NCBI RefSeq assembly: GCF_006345805.1
Contig: NC_042999.1
Coordinates: 4,960,001-5,024,000 of the forward strand
Source of the DNA: Octopus sinensis
Taxonomy: Eukaryota
Direction of reading: 5' to 3'
Length of the DNA: 64,000 nucleotides
The translations under genes and the position numbers were made by a program. Positions 1 to 12,893 of this stretch are shown piece by piece; within the stretch, counting starts at the first letter, position 1, and each line of letters opens with the position of its first letter. The notes beneath the pieces are model-generated. The model searched no databases, was not told the DNA's origin, and was given only the letters and a program-made list of their open reading frames with translations.

Positions 1-606
1 TATAATAATAATATGTAAACATATTAGCAAATAAAGTATCAATGTTTTACTTAGTTTTATTGATGGATTAATCGTGTAGATCCATCATCATCATTGTTTA
101 ATGTCCGCTTTCCATGCTAGCATGAGTTGGATGAATTGACTGAGGACTGGCGAACCAGATGGCTGCACCTGGCTCCTATCTGATCTGGTAGATGGATGCC
201 CTTCCTAACGCCAACCACTCCGAGAATGTAGTGGGTGCTTTTACATGCCACTGGCACAAGGGCCAGTCAGGTGGTACTGGCAATGGCCATGCTCAAATGG
301 TGTTTTTTTATGTGCCACCTGCACAGGAGCCAGTCCAGCGGCACATTATCTAGGATGCAGTGTTTTTTTTTTTATTCATTTATTTTCCAAATTTGAATGT
401 GATGCAGTCACAGCCCTGTTGTTAAGAAGTTTGGTCCACAATCACAAAGTTCTGGGTTTAGTCTCATCAGTTGGTACATTGGACAAATACTTTTTTCAGG
501 AAACCTTGGGTCAGTCCCTTGTGAGTCTACTTCGGTGGGTGGAAACTGTGTAGAGCCAATCAAATAATGTATTTTAATTACTATATTACAATGGGTGTAG
601 TTAAGG

Positions 607-1000
607 CAGTGAGCTAGCAGAAATGTTAGCACACCGGACGAAATGCGTAACCGTATTTCGTCTGCCGTTATGTTGTGAGTTCAAATTCCGCCAAGGTCGA
701 CTTTGCCTTTCATCCTTTCGGGGTTGATTAAATAAGTACCAGTTACGCACTGGGGTCAATATAATCGACTTTATCCGTTTGTCTGTCCTTGTTTGTCCTC
801 TCTGTGTTTAACCCCTTGTGGGTAGTAAAGAAATAGGTATTTCATCTGCCTTTACGTTCTGAGTTCAAATTCCGCCGAGGTTGACTTTGCCTTTCATCCT
901 TTCGGGGTTGATTAAATAAGTACCAGTTACGCACTGGGGTCGATGTAATCGACTTAATCCGTTTGTCCTCTCTGGGTTTAACCCCTTGTGGGTAGTAAAA
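607..1000 (+). mobile_element. tRNA-derived SINE (family C), head plus tandem second body; further copies at about 12020, 18825, 36280, 37545, 41915, 47545, 49445, 51350, 54335, 56680 (all -)
   Basis: A-box-like head, B-box GAGTTCAAATTCC, central GTCGACTTTGCCTTTCATCCTTTCGGGG domain, tail TTAGCCCCTTGTGGG..AAAGAAAT. Confidence 0.85.
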
Positions 1001-2649
1001 GAAATGGGTTATAAAGGAAGATAGATAAAAGTAAATAAAGCCGCGGCTGAAGGAGGCGCGTCGGTAAGAGAGAAGGTGAGTGTTAGAGAATTACGATTAG
1101 TAAAGGTGGAAGCTAGTTTGTGCAGTAAAAATTATGACGATTTCATGGAGTTGGAGAAAGTTTCGTAGCATTTGCGATAACATTCAAAAATTATGTCAGA
1201 GAATCGATTTAGCTTAGAGGTCTTGTGGCGAAATATAGTGAGCGGTACGTGGCAACATACTGGACAAACGCACCAATCTGCTGTCCGAGGAATTCCGCTG
1301 CAAACTATGGAACGGGACAGATTATAGAGTATGTCCTTATAGGGTATGTGGATTGCGATGGATGTAGAAAACGAGGTAAATTTTCAGATTAACAGGTGTG
1401 CACGTTAGCGTTGCTTAAAATGAATCGTGGTTCCGATGTAAAACCTGTAATGACGTGGGCATATGGTTGTAACTATACATTTAAGCACATTATGGTACAA
1501 GCAATTCGTTCAATGGACACTTTTGGAGCATCGCTATCTGCCGAATCAAATTTAAGCTAATCTAGACTTAACTCTTTGTTTTTTTAGACTTTTAAGCTCC
1601 TCTAGAGTGAATGAATTCCCATCTCTTGGATAATTTCAGCGTTCGACTTTGAGCCCTACAATTTCTAATTTGTACTTAAAAAAAGACTTCTTCCAGGGGA
1701 GACTAATCTTTATAAACTACTTGTCCGGGTTATCTCCCTTGCTCATTCTTTTTTTTTCTTTGCTTAATTCGATAATTTTTTATTTAATTCTAAGCAGAAG
1801 TTTTCAACAGGTAGGTTGTATAGGTAAGATCTAGGTTACAGGGTATTTACGTACAAATATTGCCACCAAACCCAGCTGTATGAAACTCAAAATAACTGTA
1901 GTTGATTCTGGAACAATGAAACTTAAAATACCTTGAGGTATCGGGTCCACACACACACACGCACACACATAGGTAATCGTTCCGTAAGTCAGGGATGATA
2001 TTGAAATAAACATGGGAGAAGCCTTTGAAGACAGAAGACAGTGATAAGGATGAATAACACGGCAGGGAAATTGAATTGAGCTCAAAACAGAGAATACGAT
2101 TGGTTAAAATTCGAAGAATTAAACTACGTAAAAGTTACAAAATACATTTTTCTCAAAAAAACTAATTGAAATTAATGTTTTCTTTTGACACATTCTACCA
2201 GTATACGAAGTTTCAAATTATTTAGTTAAGTAGAAAATTCTGTCCATCTTTTAGAAAAGATCCCAAGCTACAATACTTATTTACACAAATAGTTACGTAA
2301 CCAAAGTTTACTCTTGAAATTACGTTGTCTGCTAATGAATTAGGAGCCGCTCCCCCCTCCTAAAACGAAACATCTTGTCTAAACCACAGCGCTCCGCTGA
2401 TAAAGTGCTTGTTTGCAGCTATTGCAATCACGTGGTTCCAGGTTTAGTCCCACAGCGCGGCACCGAAGGCACGTTTTTTCCTTTCGCCCTAGGAGACTAG
2501 TACCTTATGGGTGAAGATGGTAGGCAGAAACCGGGTGGAAGTCTGTTGTATGTATATTTGTTCTCTACTGCTTGAGAACCTGTTTATGTTTGTTTACGTC
2601 CCCCGTAACTTAGCTATTCGACAAGAAACCGATAAAGTAGGTACTAGTG

Positions 2650-2828
2650 CAGTGGTTTTCAACCAGGGTTCCGCAAGAAGTTACAAAACTGCTAAAATCG
2701 GCAGTAATTTTTAATTCTCCTGTGCAGATATGTGTGCATAAGGCTATTAAATTATTGCACAGGGGTTCCTCGAGCCAGTAGAATGTTTCCTTGGGGTTCC
2801 GCTCCAGCAAAAAGTTTGAAAAGCACTG
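2650..2828. mobile_element. hAT-type MITE
   Basis: CAGTGGTTTTCAA...TTGAAAAGCACTG termini; 8-bp TSD TACTAGTG/TACTAGAG. Confidence 0.75.
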
Positions 2829-3217
2829 TACTAGAGATTAAAGAAAAAAAATCAGTACTGAGTTTATTTGTTTGACTAAACCCTCCAAGGCGGTGCCTCA
2901 GAATGGCTACCGTCCAATAACCGAAACAAACAAAGCGTAAAATTACAATCTTAAATGTTTGTCCCTCGCTAAATCCGAATCTGTGCCCCTTTTTTACCTT
3001 TCCCCAACTGATAATGAGTTATTATTTCAAAATAACGTATTTTAATATATGCCTAACTATAAAAGTAAAACAGGAAACAATTAAAGTCCTTAATTTACAA
3101 ATAGAAATATTAATTCCAAGTAAACAGAGTTCTTAATTCAGTCACAAAGTTTTATTTCTTTCAACGACATTTCAGCATTTAAAAAAAGCCGCTCTTCCAA
3201 AACGAGGCTTACATATT

Positions 3218-3306
3218 ACTTCCGGTTCATAACCTCTTCTTCCGGTAGTTTCTTTCATTCAAATCTTGAAATCTCCACCGTTCGAAGTCGTAACGGATTC
3301 TACGAG
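3218..3306 (+). promoter_or_regulatory. Candidate NUP35 promoter / non-coding first exon with two ETS-type CTTCCGG motifs and a GAG|GTAGGT donor at 3307
   Basis: ACTTCCGGT and TCTTCCGGT at about 3218-3246 in CpG-rich DNA, followed by a strong donor. The next exon (acceptor 8216) has an in-frame stop before the ATG, so an upstream UTR exon is likely. Confidence 0.45.
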
Positions 3307-4027
3307 GTAGGTTCTAGTTTATTCACTATCCTCGCTTTTCCTAGTCCTTAATTCAAACTGATCTTTAAGCTGCTCTTACATTTACAGTCCTAAAATATAA
3401 AAAAGAAAGGTCCCTTAAATACTGATGTCTATTTCGTTGTTGCCCAGTTCCCTAGAAAATGAGATTTCGCTTAATTAGCTTCATTTATTAGTTTTTCAAG
3501 GCAAATACTTTAATGTAACACACACACGTGTAATAAAACTGTATTAAAAGACTGGTTCTTGAATTTAGTGCCATAAAATTGAGGATATTCATTTTATTAG
3601 TTTAAATATTCGCCTTGATAGGCGTGTTTCCCGGAATAGTCTTTCACTATCTCGTGGACACGGAATTGCGTGGTTGTTCACTTTTCTTGAAGCATTTTTT
3701 TGTCAAAAAAAAGTAGGAAAACAAAAAACAAGCTGGAATGTCTTTGATTATAGGTCTGCTCAGATAGGGAGGATAAAGACAAAAAAAAAAAATCTTTTTA
3801 CACCCTTATTCAAATTCCGAAACTCTCTGCGACGGACTTTCGGAAACGGCTATCACTGCCACTTGGGAAAGGGAAAGTAATGTGTGTGGTTGCTTTCTTC
3901 TGTTAAAGAATTACTTTGGTATCCCCAAAGTTTCATTTTTAACATTTTTGCCCCTAACTTCACGCTCTCTTGCTGCCGACTCATCAGACGAGTGTAACAA
4001 TAAAAAAAGAAAGAAGAAAACCCCAAA

Positions 4028-4448
4028 GGCGATCTTTCGTCTCTAGTAGACCTTTCCGTCGATTTCCGTAAAAAAATTTTTTTCTTTTACATATGGGCTT
4101 GCGGTAACTTTTGAAGTAATATACATACATATACACATACACCGAGTAAAAAATTTCAGTTATCTCTCTCTTTCACACATTACTCTGTCTCTTCACACAC
4201 ACTAACAGAAGCACTTCACTTACACAACATACTGTCTGTCTCCCCACCCCCTCAACACACACACCACACACATGTACATCAATGCTTCACATGCACGGTA
4301 ACTTCAAAAGAACTTCCCTCGTCATACAATCGCTTTCTCTTAGTCTCTTTCGCTCTCATTACTTCAAAGTTCCCGCAAGCCATATGTAAAAAGAAAAAAT
4401 TTGTTTACGGAAATCGACGGAAAGGTCTGCTAGAGACGAAAGATTGTC
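4028..4448. mobile_element. Mutator-like MITE, about 90-bp TIRs
   Basis: Perfect 9-bp TSD AACCCCAAA (4019-4027, 4449-4457); long TIRs starting with G. Confidence 0.8.
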
Positions 4449-4574
4449 AACCCCAAATATTTGAAAAAGTTTGCGAACTGTTAAGAATTTCCAACTTAAC
4501 TACGCTGTGTTATATTATATCCTTTTATCCGTTAGTAAATGAAGTTAGGAATGATTTAACCTAACATGATGGAG

Positions 4575-5386
4575 GGCGAAGTTTCGTATGTCGTAGATCA
4601 GATTTCCGTCGATTTCCGTAAAACTTTATTTTTTACATAGTAATGAGAGCGAAAGAGACTAAGAGGAAGCGATTTTACGACGAGAAGGTTCACTTTGAAA
4701 TCGCCTGTGTGCGTTTGATGGGGTGTGGGAGACAGACAGTATGTTGTTGTAAGTGAAGTGCTTCTGTTAGTGTGTGCGAAGAGACGAGAGAGTAATGTTG
4801 AAAGAGAGAGATAACTGATTTTTTTACTCGGTGTATGTGTATATGTATGTATGCATGTATGTGTGTGTGTGTGTGTATGTATCTATGTATGTGTGTGTGT
4901 TTATGTATGTATGTATGTATGTATGGCGGCATAGACTTTTCACACAGAACATTACCAATCGGATTTTGTCACTTTTCCTTACACATTTTGTACTGTTCGT
5001 TCCTTTTGCGCACAACACAATGTTACACATGCATATATATGCATGCTTGCACCCAGTTTCTGTGCACCTCTATAGACTATTAACTTTTTTTTTCCTTTGA
5101 ATGCAACTCTTTCTCATGAGAAGAATATCTCCTCATTTTATAACTCCCCATCTTTTCTTACCATTTCACCATCGTCACATCACAGAGACATTAAGGCTGC
5201 ACAGTAGCAGTCGACAAGGCATGTATAACGATTAAATAAAAAAATTTTGTCTATATCTTCGATCACTGTCATTATTCCATTGAGTCACCTCATTATTTTC
5301 TACATAGCAGACTGTTACATAAACAGGCGCCGCAAGGTAATCTTTCGTTTTAATTCGAAATAATTAAACACTGAATCGGCATACAT

Positions 5387-5420
<34 letters not shown>

Positions 5421-5835
5421 GTACTTACACACACACACATACATGCAGACATACATATTCACATACACCGTAAAAAATACGATGAATCGGCCATACATAC
5501 ATACATACATACATAAACACACACACATACATAGATACATACACCACACATACATGCATACATACATATACACATACACCGAGTAAAAAAATCAGTTATC
5601 TCTCTCTTTCACACATTACTCTCTCTGTCTCTTCGCACACACTAACAGAAGCAATTCACTTACACAACATACTGTCTGTCTCCACACCCCCTCAAACGCA
5701 CACAGGCGATTTCAAAGTGAAACCTTCTCGTCGTAAAATCGCTTCCTCTTAGTCTCTTTCGCTCTCATTACTTATGTAAAAAATAAAAGTTTTTTACGAA
5801 ATCGACGAAATCTGTGCTACTACACGAACTATGCC
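4575..5835. mobile_element. Mutator-like foldback element, about 350-bp TIRs, same family as 4028-4448
   Basis: 8-bp TSD TGATGGAG (4567-4574, 5836-5843); arms about 4575-4927 and 5490-5835 are near-identical inverted copies. Confidence 0.8.
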
Positions 5836-6786
5836 TGATGGAGTTTTGGGGTGGAGATTGATTTATTTTGAGAAAGTAAAACAATAATAAAAAACTTATT
5901 TAAAATTTACTTCTTGAAATGGTCAAACTAAAGCGTTTGACCCGGTCATAAAACATTAAAAAATATAGTGTAATAGGTGTAAAACAACTTGCTCTAAACG
6001 AAGATGACAAAAAAAAATGCGCGCTTGCGAAAAGGGGGTGGGGGAGAGGACTCGGAATATTCACATCGTGAATGTTCCGGGTCTGATCCGGACACAAAAA
6101 CAAAAAAAAATTCACATCTTCAGTCCATGGCCTTTAAATTATAGTGTTTGACCCGGGCCAGAATAAAATAGTGTAATTGGTGTAAAACTACTTGTTCTAA
6201 ACGATTATCAAGAACACACACACACACAAAGAGAAATGGTTGGTTCAAGGCAAGTGTGCATTGAACTGAATTTAAATAAGCAAGAAAGATATTATCAAAG
6301 AAAAGGCCATAGCACCATCTTTAGTATCTGTTGTTATTATTATTGTGGAGTTGAATGTGTGTGTGTGGTGAAGTTATCAATATCAATAGATTAACCAACA
6401 CCATTGAAGTGAAATAATAGTTTCTATACTTTTTGGTTTGGCGCTGCTGAACTGAGTCAAAGACTTTGTAATACAAGTCAGAAGAAAACAAGAAAAAGAA
6501 AGAAAAATGCGATAGCCATAACAGTAAAGAATTAAGACCTCCCCCCCCCCCAAACAGTAACCCTTGTGTTTAAAATCTCCCTAACAAAAAGAAGAGACGT
6601 TGTTTGGCTATGGACTACATTGGTCTTTCCATGTTGTGCTTTAGCCACAATTTACACTTTTTTTATTACTTTTGTGCCCAGGGTCAGAATATTCCAGCCT
6701 TACAATGGATTTAGAAGAGCTAGCAAAACCTCTGAGTAGCTCCTGCAGTCTCAGCATAGGGAAAAGCATCTCTGATGTTTATTTCA

Positions 6787-6788
<2 letters not shown>

Positions 6789-6852
<64 letters not shown>
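6789..6852. repeat. (TA)n microsatellite; others at about 20529-20575 and 59134-59178, plus many (AAT)n and (TG)n tracts
   Basis: Directly visible. Confidence 0.95.
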
Positions 6853-6855
<3 letters not shown>

Positions 6856-7257
6856 TCTTTTACTCTTTTTCTTGTTTCAGTCATTTGACTGTGGCCATGC
6901 TGGCGCACTGCCTTTAGTCGAGCAAATCGACCCCAGGACTTATTGTTTGTGAGCCCAGTACTTATTCTATCGGTCTCTTTTGCCGAACCGCTAAGTGACG
7001 GCGACGTAAACACACCAGCATCGGTTGTCAAGCAATGCTAGGGGGACAAACACAGACACACAAACATACACACACACACATATATATATATACATATATA
7101 CGACAGGCTTCTTTCAGTTTCCGTCTACCAAATCCACTCACAAGGCTTTGGTCGGCCCGAGGCTATAGTAGAAGACACTTGCCCAACATGCCATGCAGTG
7201 GGACTGAACCCGGAACCATGTGGTTGGTTAGCAAGCTACTTACCACACAGCCACTCC
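6850..7257 (-). mobile_element. tRNA/CORE-like SINE (family B); further copies at about 20576 (+), 23010, 36875, 38300, 42195, 44620 (-), 46724 (+) and partials
   Basis: A-box TGGCTGTGTGGT, B-box GGGTTCAGTCCC, CORE-like GCACCTTGGGCAAGTGTCTT, internal TA/TG microsatellite, tail (TAAAAGAG)n. Confidence 0.85.
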
Positions 7258-7263
7258 TATGTA

Positions 7264-7643
7264 CACTTGCGTCAGAAATTAATTAGCACTTCTCAAATTT
7301 CTACATTAAATAGGTTAAATCAATTAACCTATGAGCTGTTCAAAACGTCTTACGCGATGAGAAAACTTAGTATGGTGTGATTTCGGTCCTTGCGAGGCGC
7401 TACCTATATCTATTAAACAAAGGAAGATTTGTCTGCATCCACACTCCAAGTTGTTGTTGCACTGCTATGTCAACATCATAAGGCTGTAGACTCTCAAACT
7501 GCTCTGCAAACAAAGTTACGTCATCGTTCTGCGCAACAGTGAACTCGCAACAAAGCAATAGTTCGAGATATGGCCACTAGGTGACAGCACATACCTTGAG
7601 TGAAGAGCAAATCAAGGGTGCTAATTAATTTCTGACGGTAGTG
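7264..7643. mobile_element. Tc1/mariner-type MITE
   Basis: TIR CACTTGCGTCAGAAATTAATTAGCAC / GTGCTAATTAATTTCTGACGGTAGTG, with TA on both sides. Confidence 0.85.
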
Positions 7644-8242
7644 TATATATATATAAAATAGATGATATAAATGATGGTTGGTTGATTAATTTTTCCAATC
7701 ATACTTTGTGTAGAGAGGTGACAGAAAAGGTAACAACAGGTACAGAGTGAGACAGTACCTTGGAGCCAGGCAGTAAGTAATGGTATACAATACAGAGGAT
7801 GAGGAAGAGAGAGTAAATGACAGTTAGGGGAAGAGTGATACAAAACCTCTTTTAAAGTGTTCATATATAAATTAAAATCTTCCATCATAATTCTATAGAA
7901 AGATCTCGGTCTCAATTAAGTTACAAACATCAACTACATGACGAAATGAAATTCTTGATTATTTCTTAATTGAAACATGTAGGTAGCATAATTAGTCACA
8001 AATATGATAATGAAAGGATTAAAGTTACGTATTTCTTTTACAAATTTATTTAAATTCTGGGAAAACATTGAGAATGATTTCAATATATCCATTAAAATTT
8101 GGGATTTCTGACTGCAGAAACTACTTTAAAGGCTCTGATTCATTTTTATTTTTCTTAGCAACAAAACTGTCAAAGTCTTTAATAATGGAATTCTTTTTTT
8201 ATCCATGTTTCTGTAGCTACCAACACATTCTGACTTTAGAGA

Positions 8243-8338
8243 ATGACATCCAGTGCTGCTTCTCCAAATATTCATACTCCTCCTAACCAATATCTACCCG
8301 GTTATCTCTTGGGAGACGTTACACCACATGGCAGAACG
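8243..8338 (+). CDS. NUP35: NUP35 coding exon 1 (MTSSAASP...PGYLLGDVTPHGRT)
   Basis: ATG at 8243 after in-frame TGA at 8231; donor GTGAGA at 8339; phase 0. Confidence 0.85.
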
Positions 8339-9136
8339 GTGAGATTTTTTTTCTTTTTTTTAGCCATCAACAAATGCCAATCTTATAATAGGATCCATTT
8401 ATCAAAATCAAAATCTCATTCGATGACTGGCATCCGTACTAGCAGGTTGCAAAGAGCACCATACGAGCGTGATCATTGACAGAGCGGCTAACCGGCTGTC
8501 TTGCCAGTGGCACATAAAAGGCACCATTTGAGTGTGAGCGTTACCAGCGTCGCCTTACTGGCACTTGTTCCCCTGCTAGTAGGGTGTTCTCGAAGTTAAA
8601 GTTAGGCCATGGGTTTCCCAGATTGTCTCCGTCAACCGAGGATAGATCCTGGACCTGATTATCATCATCATCATGGTTTAACATCCGCTTTCCATGCTAG
8701 CATGGGTTGGACGATTGACTGAGAGCTGGCAAACCAGATGGCTGCACCAGGCTTCAAGCTTGATCTGGCAGAGTTTCTACTACTGGATGCCCTTCCTAAT
8801 GCCAACCACTCTGAGAGTGTAGTGGGTGCTTTTACGTGCCACCGGCACGGAAGCCAGTTAGCCACTCTGGCAATGATCATGCTCGGATGGTTCTCTTAAC
8901 ATCCTACTAGCATATAAGGACTGGTGCAAATTTGGGCCTCCTATAGGCCAATTTTTGTCCCTAGCACTCTTTTCCTGAACAGCACTGCTGAAATTTCATT
9001 GCATCTTTGTATGCCATCAAATGCAGTATTTCTTTTTTCCTGTGGATTTGAGGACTTTTGCTGATGTAAGAAAAAATTGTAGTTTATTGTTGTTGTAAAC
9101 TTGACAGTAACATTTATTAATTTTTTTATCCTTTAG

Positions 9137-9252
9137 CAAACTCCACTCCGTTGGCCTTCAGGTCATGCTCAGACCACACCCATCTCTGCCAGACGTCAAC
9201 AAGGAACCAAAGTATCCCCAGCATCCAGTATGGTAACGACCCCACCATCAAG
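9137..9252 (+). CDS. NUP35: NUP35 coding exon 2 (QTPLRWPSG...TTPPS)
   Basis: ctttag acceptor, AG|GTGAGT donor, phases 0/2 fit both neighbours. Confidence 0.85.
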
Positions 9253-9431
9253 GTGAGTGTTTCAGTTATTTGAAATTTTTTACTTATTGGATTATGAGAT
9301 GAATTTGCAAGAAAGTTTGAAGTTGTTTAGAAGGCAACTAGAATTAACCCTTTTAGCACCAACTTCATTCTACAGTATAAACTTCATGTTTTAGAGTGCA
9401 TTTAAACCAGCCTTATCTGGCCCAAATATTC

Positions 9432-10632
9432 AGTGCTAGTATAGGATGCAGTCTAACACTTTGTCAAACAGTATAGCCAGGGTTATCTACCTTAATCGTT
9501 CAGTTAATAAAGGAAACCAATTTTCCCATGATACGGACATTAACAACAGATTAAACTGAAGTTGAGCCAGAGTGAGATTTTAGAACTTACTGGCACTTGT
9601 GCCCGTGCTAGTAGGGTGCCAAGAGCACCATCCGAGCGTGATCGTTGCTATTGCCAGAGCAGCCATCCGGCTTCCGTGCCGGTGGCACGTAAGAGAGCAC
9701 CATTCGACCGCGATCATTACCAACGTCGCCTTACTGGCACCTGTACCGGTGGCATGTGTAAAAAGATTTGTGCAAGGTCATTGCCAGTACCGCCTGACTG
9801 GCCCCCATGCCTGTGGCACATAAAAAGCACCCACTACACTCTCAGAGTGGTTGGCATTAGGAAGGGTATCCAGCTGTAGAAATTCTGCCAGATCAAGATT
9901 GGAGCTTGGTGCAGCCATCTGGTTCGCCAGTCCTCAGTCAATATCGTCGAACCCATGCTAGCATGGAAAGCGGACGTTAAACGATGATGATGATTTTTCT
10001 TTGTCATGGATATACCCATGACCACAGCAGTGACTCTAACAAGAAAATCTAAAAATACAATAACTGACTGGTATAATATGTGTCGCAAGGTGCGTGGAGC
10101 CATAGTTAATCATGAACGGTGAGGGAAGATGGTTGGAACAAACGATAACCCCATTGAGATCGATGAAGCAAAATTTGCTGGTCGACGAAAATGCAATCGT
10201 GGAAGAAAACTGGATGGTGACAACGCTCCTCTCTTAATGACAGTGATGCAGAACAACAGGAACCATGGATGTAGAATTGATAGGCTGTGGGTCTCAAACA
10301 ATGCTCAGACTGTTGATACTTTTGTGTGGAATGGTGTGACGGGAACACTCTGATCCCAATTATTGAAAGTGAATGTGAAAAAGATGATTGGTCCACTTAT
10401 AATAATTTAAATGCCATAGTTTATCACCATCTTACAGTGAACCATCAATGACATTTATGGATCCAGTGAGTGGAGCACACACTCAGGCCATTGAGTGATC
10501 TTGGTTAAATGCTAAAACCATGATTCTGAAATATTTGAAGTTTTTTAATTGCTGAAATCTCTGGAAAAATCTGAGAGATCAGGTAGACAACCCTGTTTGA
10601 CACCATGTTAGACTGTGTACTAGACTAGCACC
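9432..10632 (+). mobile_element. Merlin (IS1016/ISXO2-like) DNA transposon, degraded transposase
   Basis: Perfect 8-bp TSD AAATATTC; about 60-bp TIRs; motifs ITDWYNMCRKV, EIDEAKFAGRRKCNRGR, DWSTYNNL, TVNH and SGAHTQAIE at about 10000-10520, with stops and frameshifts. Confidence 0.85.
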
Positions 10633-10671
10633 AAATATTCTTGTTTTATCCTCAAACTGGCCGGATCTAGC

Positions 10672-11065
10672 TTCATCATCATCATCATCGTTTAACGTCC
10701 GTTTTCCGCGCTAGCACGGGTTGGATGGTTAGACCGGGGTCTGGGAAGCCAGGGGCTGCTCCAGGCTCCAGTCTGATCTGGCAGAGTTTCTACGGCTGGA
10801 TGCCCTTCCTAACGCCAACCACTCCGCGAGTGTAGTGGGTGCTTTTTACGTGCCATCGGCCACGTTCAGATGGTGCTTTTTATGTGCCACCGGCACGGTG
10901 CTGGCATCAGCCACGTTTGGATGGTGCTTTTTATGTACCACCGGCCCAGAAGCCAGTCGGTGCGGCGCTGGCATCGGCCACATTCGGATGGTGCTTTTTA
11001 TGTGCCACCGGCACAGAAGCCAGTCGAGTCGGCGCTGGCTACGGCCACGTTCGGATGGTGCTTAG
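10672..11065 (-). mobile_element. RTE-LINE 3'UTR fragment (family A), representative of about 30 copies in both orientations
   Basis: (GAT)n tail, GGTTGGCGTTAGGAAGGGCATCCAGC motif, variable number of about 60-67-bp tandem units. Confidence 0.8.
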
Positions 11066-12790
11066 CCTGCAGTATTATTTTAGAAATAAACACACATCAT
11101 TGAAATTCCAAAGCTACAAGACAATAGATGTCCAATTCCAATTGATGTGAATAAATGTACCAGCGTCGCTGGTGGCACGTAAAAAGCACCCACTACACTC
11201 TCAGAGTGGTTGACGTTAGGAAGGGCACCAGCACCAATAGAGTCACTAAGCAACTTGCAAGAAGAGATCTCTCAGCTGAGTGGGTAGAGCAGTAATATAT
11301 AATAGATATGTTAATAGTATATTATAGATCAGCACTTCATAAATTATGGGTTGTGACCCCAAATGGGATTGCGAAAGTTAAATTCAAACACTTGAATTTC
11401 TGACACTTGGTCATTGCCAGTACCGCCTGACTGGTCCCTGTGCTGGTGGCACATAAAAAGCACCCACTACACTCTTGGAGTGGTTGGCGTTAGGAAGGGC
11501 ATCCAGCTGTAGAAACTCTGCCAGATCAAGATTGGAGCCTGGTGCAGCCATCTGGTTCGCCAGTCCTCAGTCAAAATCGTCCAAGCCATGCTAGCATGGA
11601 AAGCGGACGTTAAACAATGATGATGACGACACATGACAGAGTGATCTGAATGCTAAATGGTTGAACTGGTAAAGATGACAGGGTTGTGTACCTCTTGAGC
11701 TTTTGCAAATAAGTGGTTTCAGGGAACATGTATGCAGGGAGGAATTCTTGAGAGCCAACAGTCGAGGAAGGAAGGTCTAAATATAGGGGTTACAGTGGCA
11801 CCTGGAGTTGGTGGGTATGGGTGACAGGAGGAGATGAATTACAGTGTCCCCTGAAGGAGGAGCTGAATGAATCAGCACAACCCAGGCAGAGATGGCAGGT
11901 GACCATCCATATCTGGAGGGCATCTGACCGTGTAATGGTGGTGGTCATGGTTGAAAGGCCTGGGAGAGGAGACAGATGCCTGTTGGACTGAAGTTGGAGT
12001 GTGGTGATGAGTGACTTAATACCTATTTCTTTATTACCCACAAGGGGCTAAACACAGAGGGGACAAACAAGGACAGACATAGGTATTAAGTCGATTACAT
12101 CGACCCCAGTGCATAACTGGTACTTAATTTATCGACCCCAAAAGGATGAAAGGCAAAGTCGACCTCGGCGGAATTTGAACTCACAACGTAACTTAATACC
12201 ATTCAATCTGGGTTTTCTGTGTGTGTGCTCGGTCTAAGAATTTCATACTTTATTAGATATGAAGTGAAATTAGATCCAACCGTATGGCCTTGGGTTCAAT
12301 CCCACTTCACAGCACTTTGAGCAAATGTTTTCTATTAAAGCCTTGCTTTGACCAAAGCCTTATGAGTGGATTTGGTAGGTGGAAACTAAGCGAAACCCAT
12401 TTTATATGTATTTGTCTCCCCCTATAGTTTGATGACCAGTGATTATTTGTTTACATCCCTGTAACTTAGCAGTTCAGTTAAAAGAGACAGAATAAGTACT
12501 GGGGTTGATTTGTTCAACTAAATCCATCAAGGAGTGTCCCAGCATGAGTGCAATCCAATGACAGACCCTCACCCAAAATTGCTGGCCTTGTGCTAAAATT
12601 TGAAACTATTAATTAAGCTGTTGTTTGGAACATAAATTGACATGGAATTTTGATGGAAGATTTTGAGATCACTGCCAACAGTTTGTCTCCTGGAACCAGG
12701 GTCAGTTTTGGATGAATTTGTATCGAAAGAGTTAATCACCCGTCTGTTATTGTTTCTACCATTGCTGAAAGTAAAATTAATATTTTTCAG

Positions 12791-12893
12791 AAGCGAGATT
12801 CTTCGCAGTAAAGATCGGAGTGCTGCACCGCCTGTCCAGAGTTTATTCGAATCTCCAATGTCTTCATCAATGGTAGAGACTTCTTTCCGCCAA
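12791..12893 (+). CDS. NUP35: NUP35 coding exon 3 (SEILRSKDRSAAPPVQSLFE...)
   Basis: ttttcag acceptor, GTAAGT donor, phases 2/0; KD..APPV motif. Confidence 0.9.

Noticed and set aside
3905-3995. Minus-strand hammerhead-like string (CTGATGA ... GAAACTTTGG-GGATA-CCAAAGTA)
   Set aside because: Stem III is good, but stem II cannot form and stem I is broken; probably chance.
6053-6079. 12-bp hairpin CGGAATATTCAC-ATC-GTGAATGTTCCG
   Set aside because: Short and isolated, with no element boundaries I could define.
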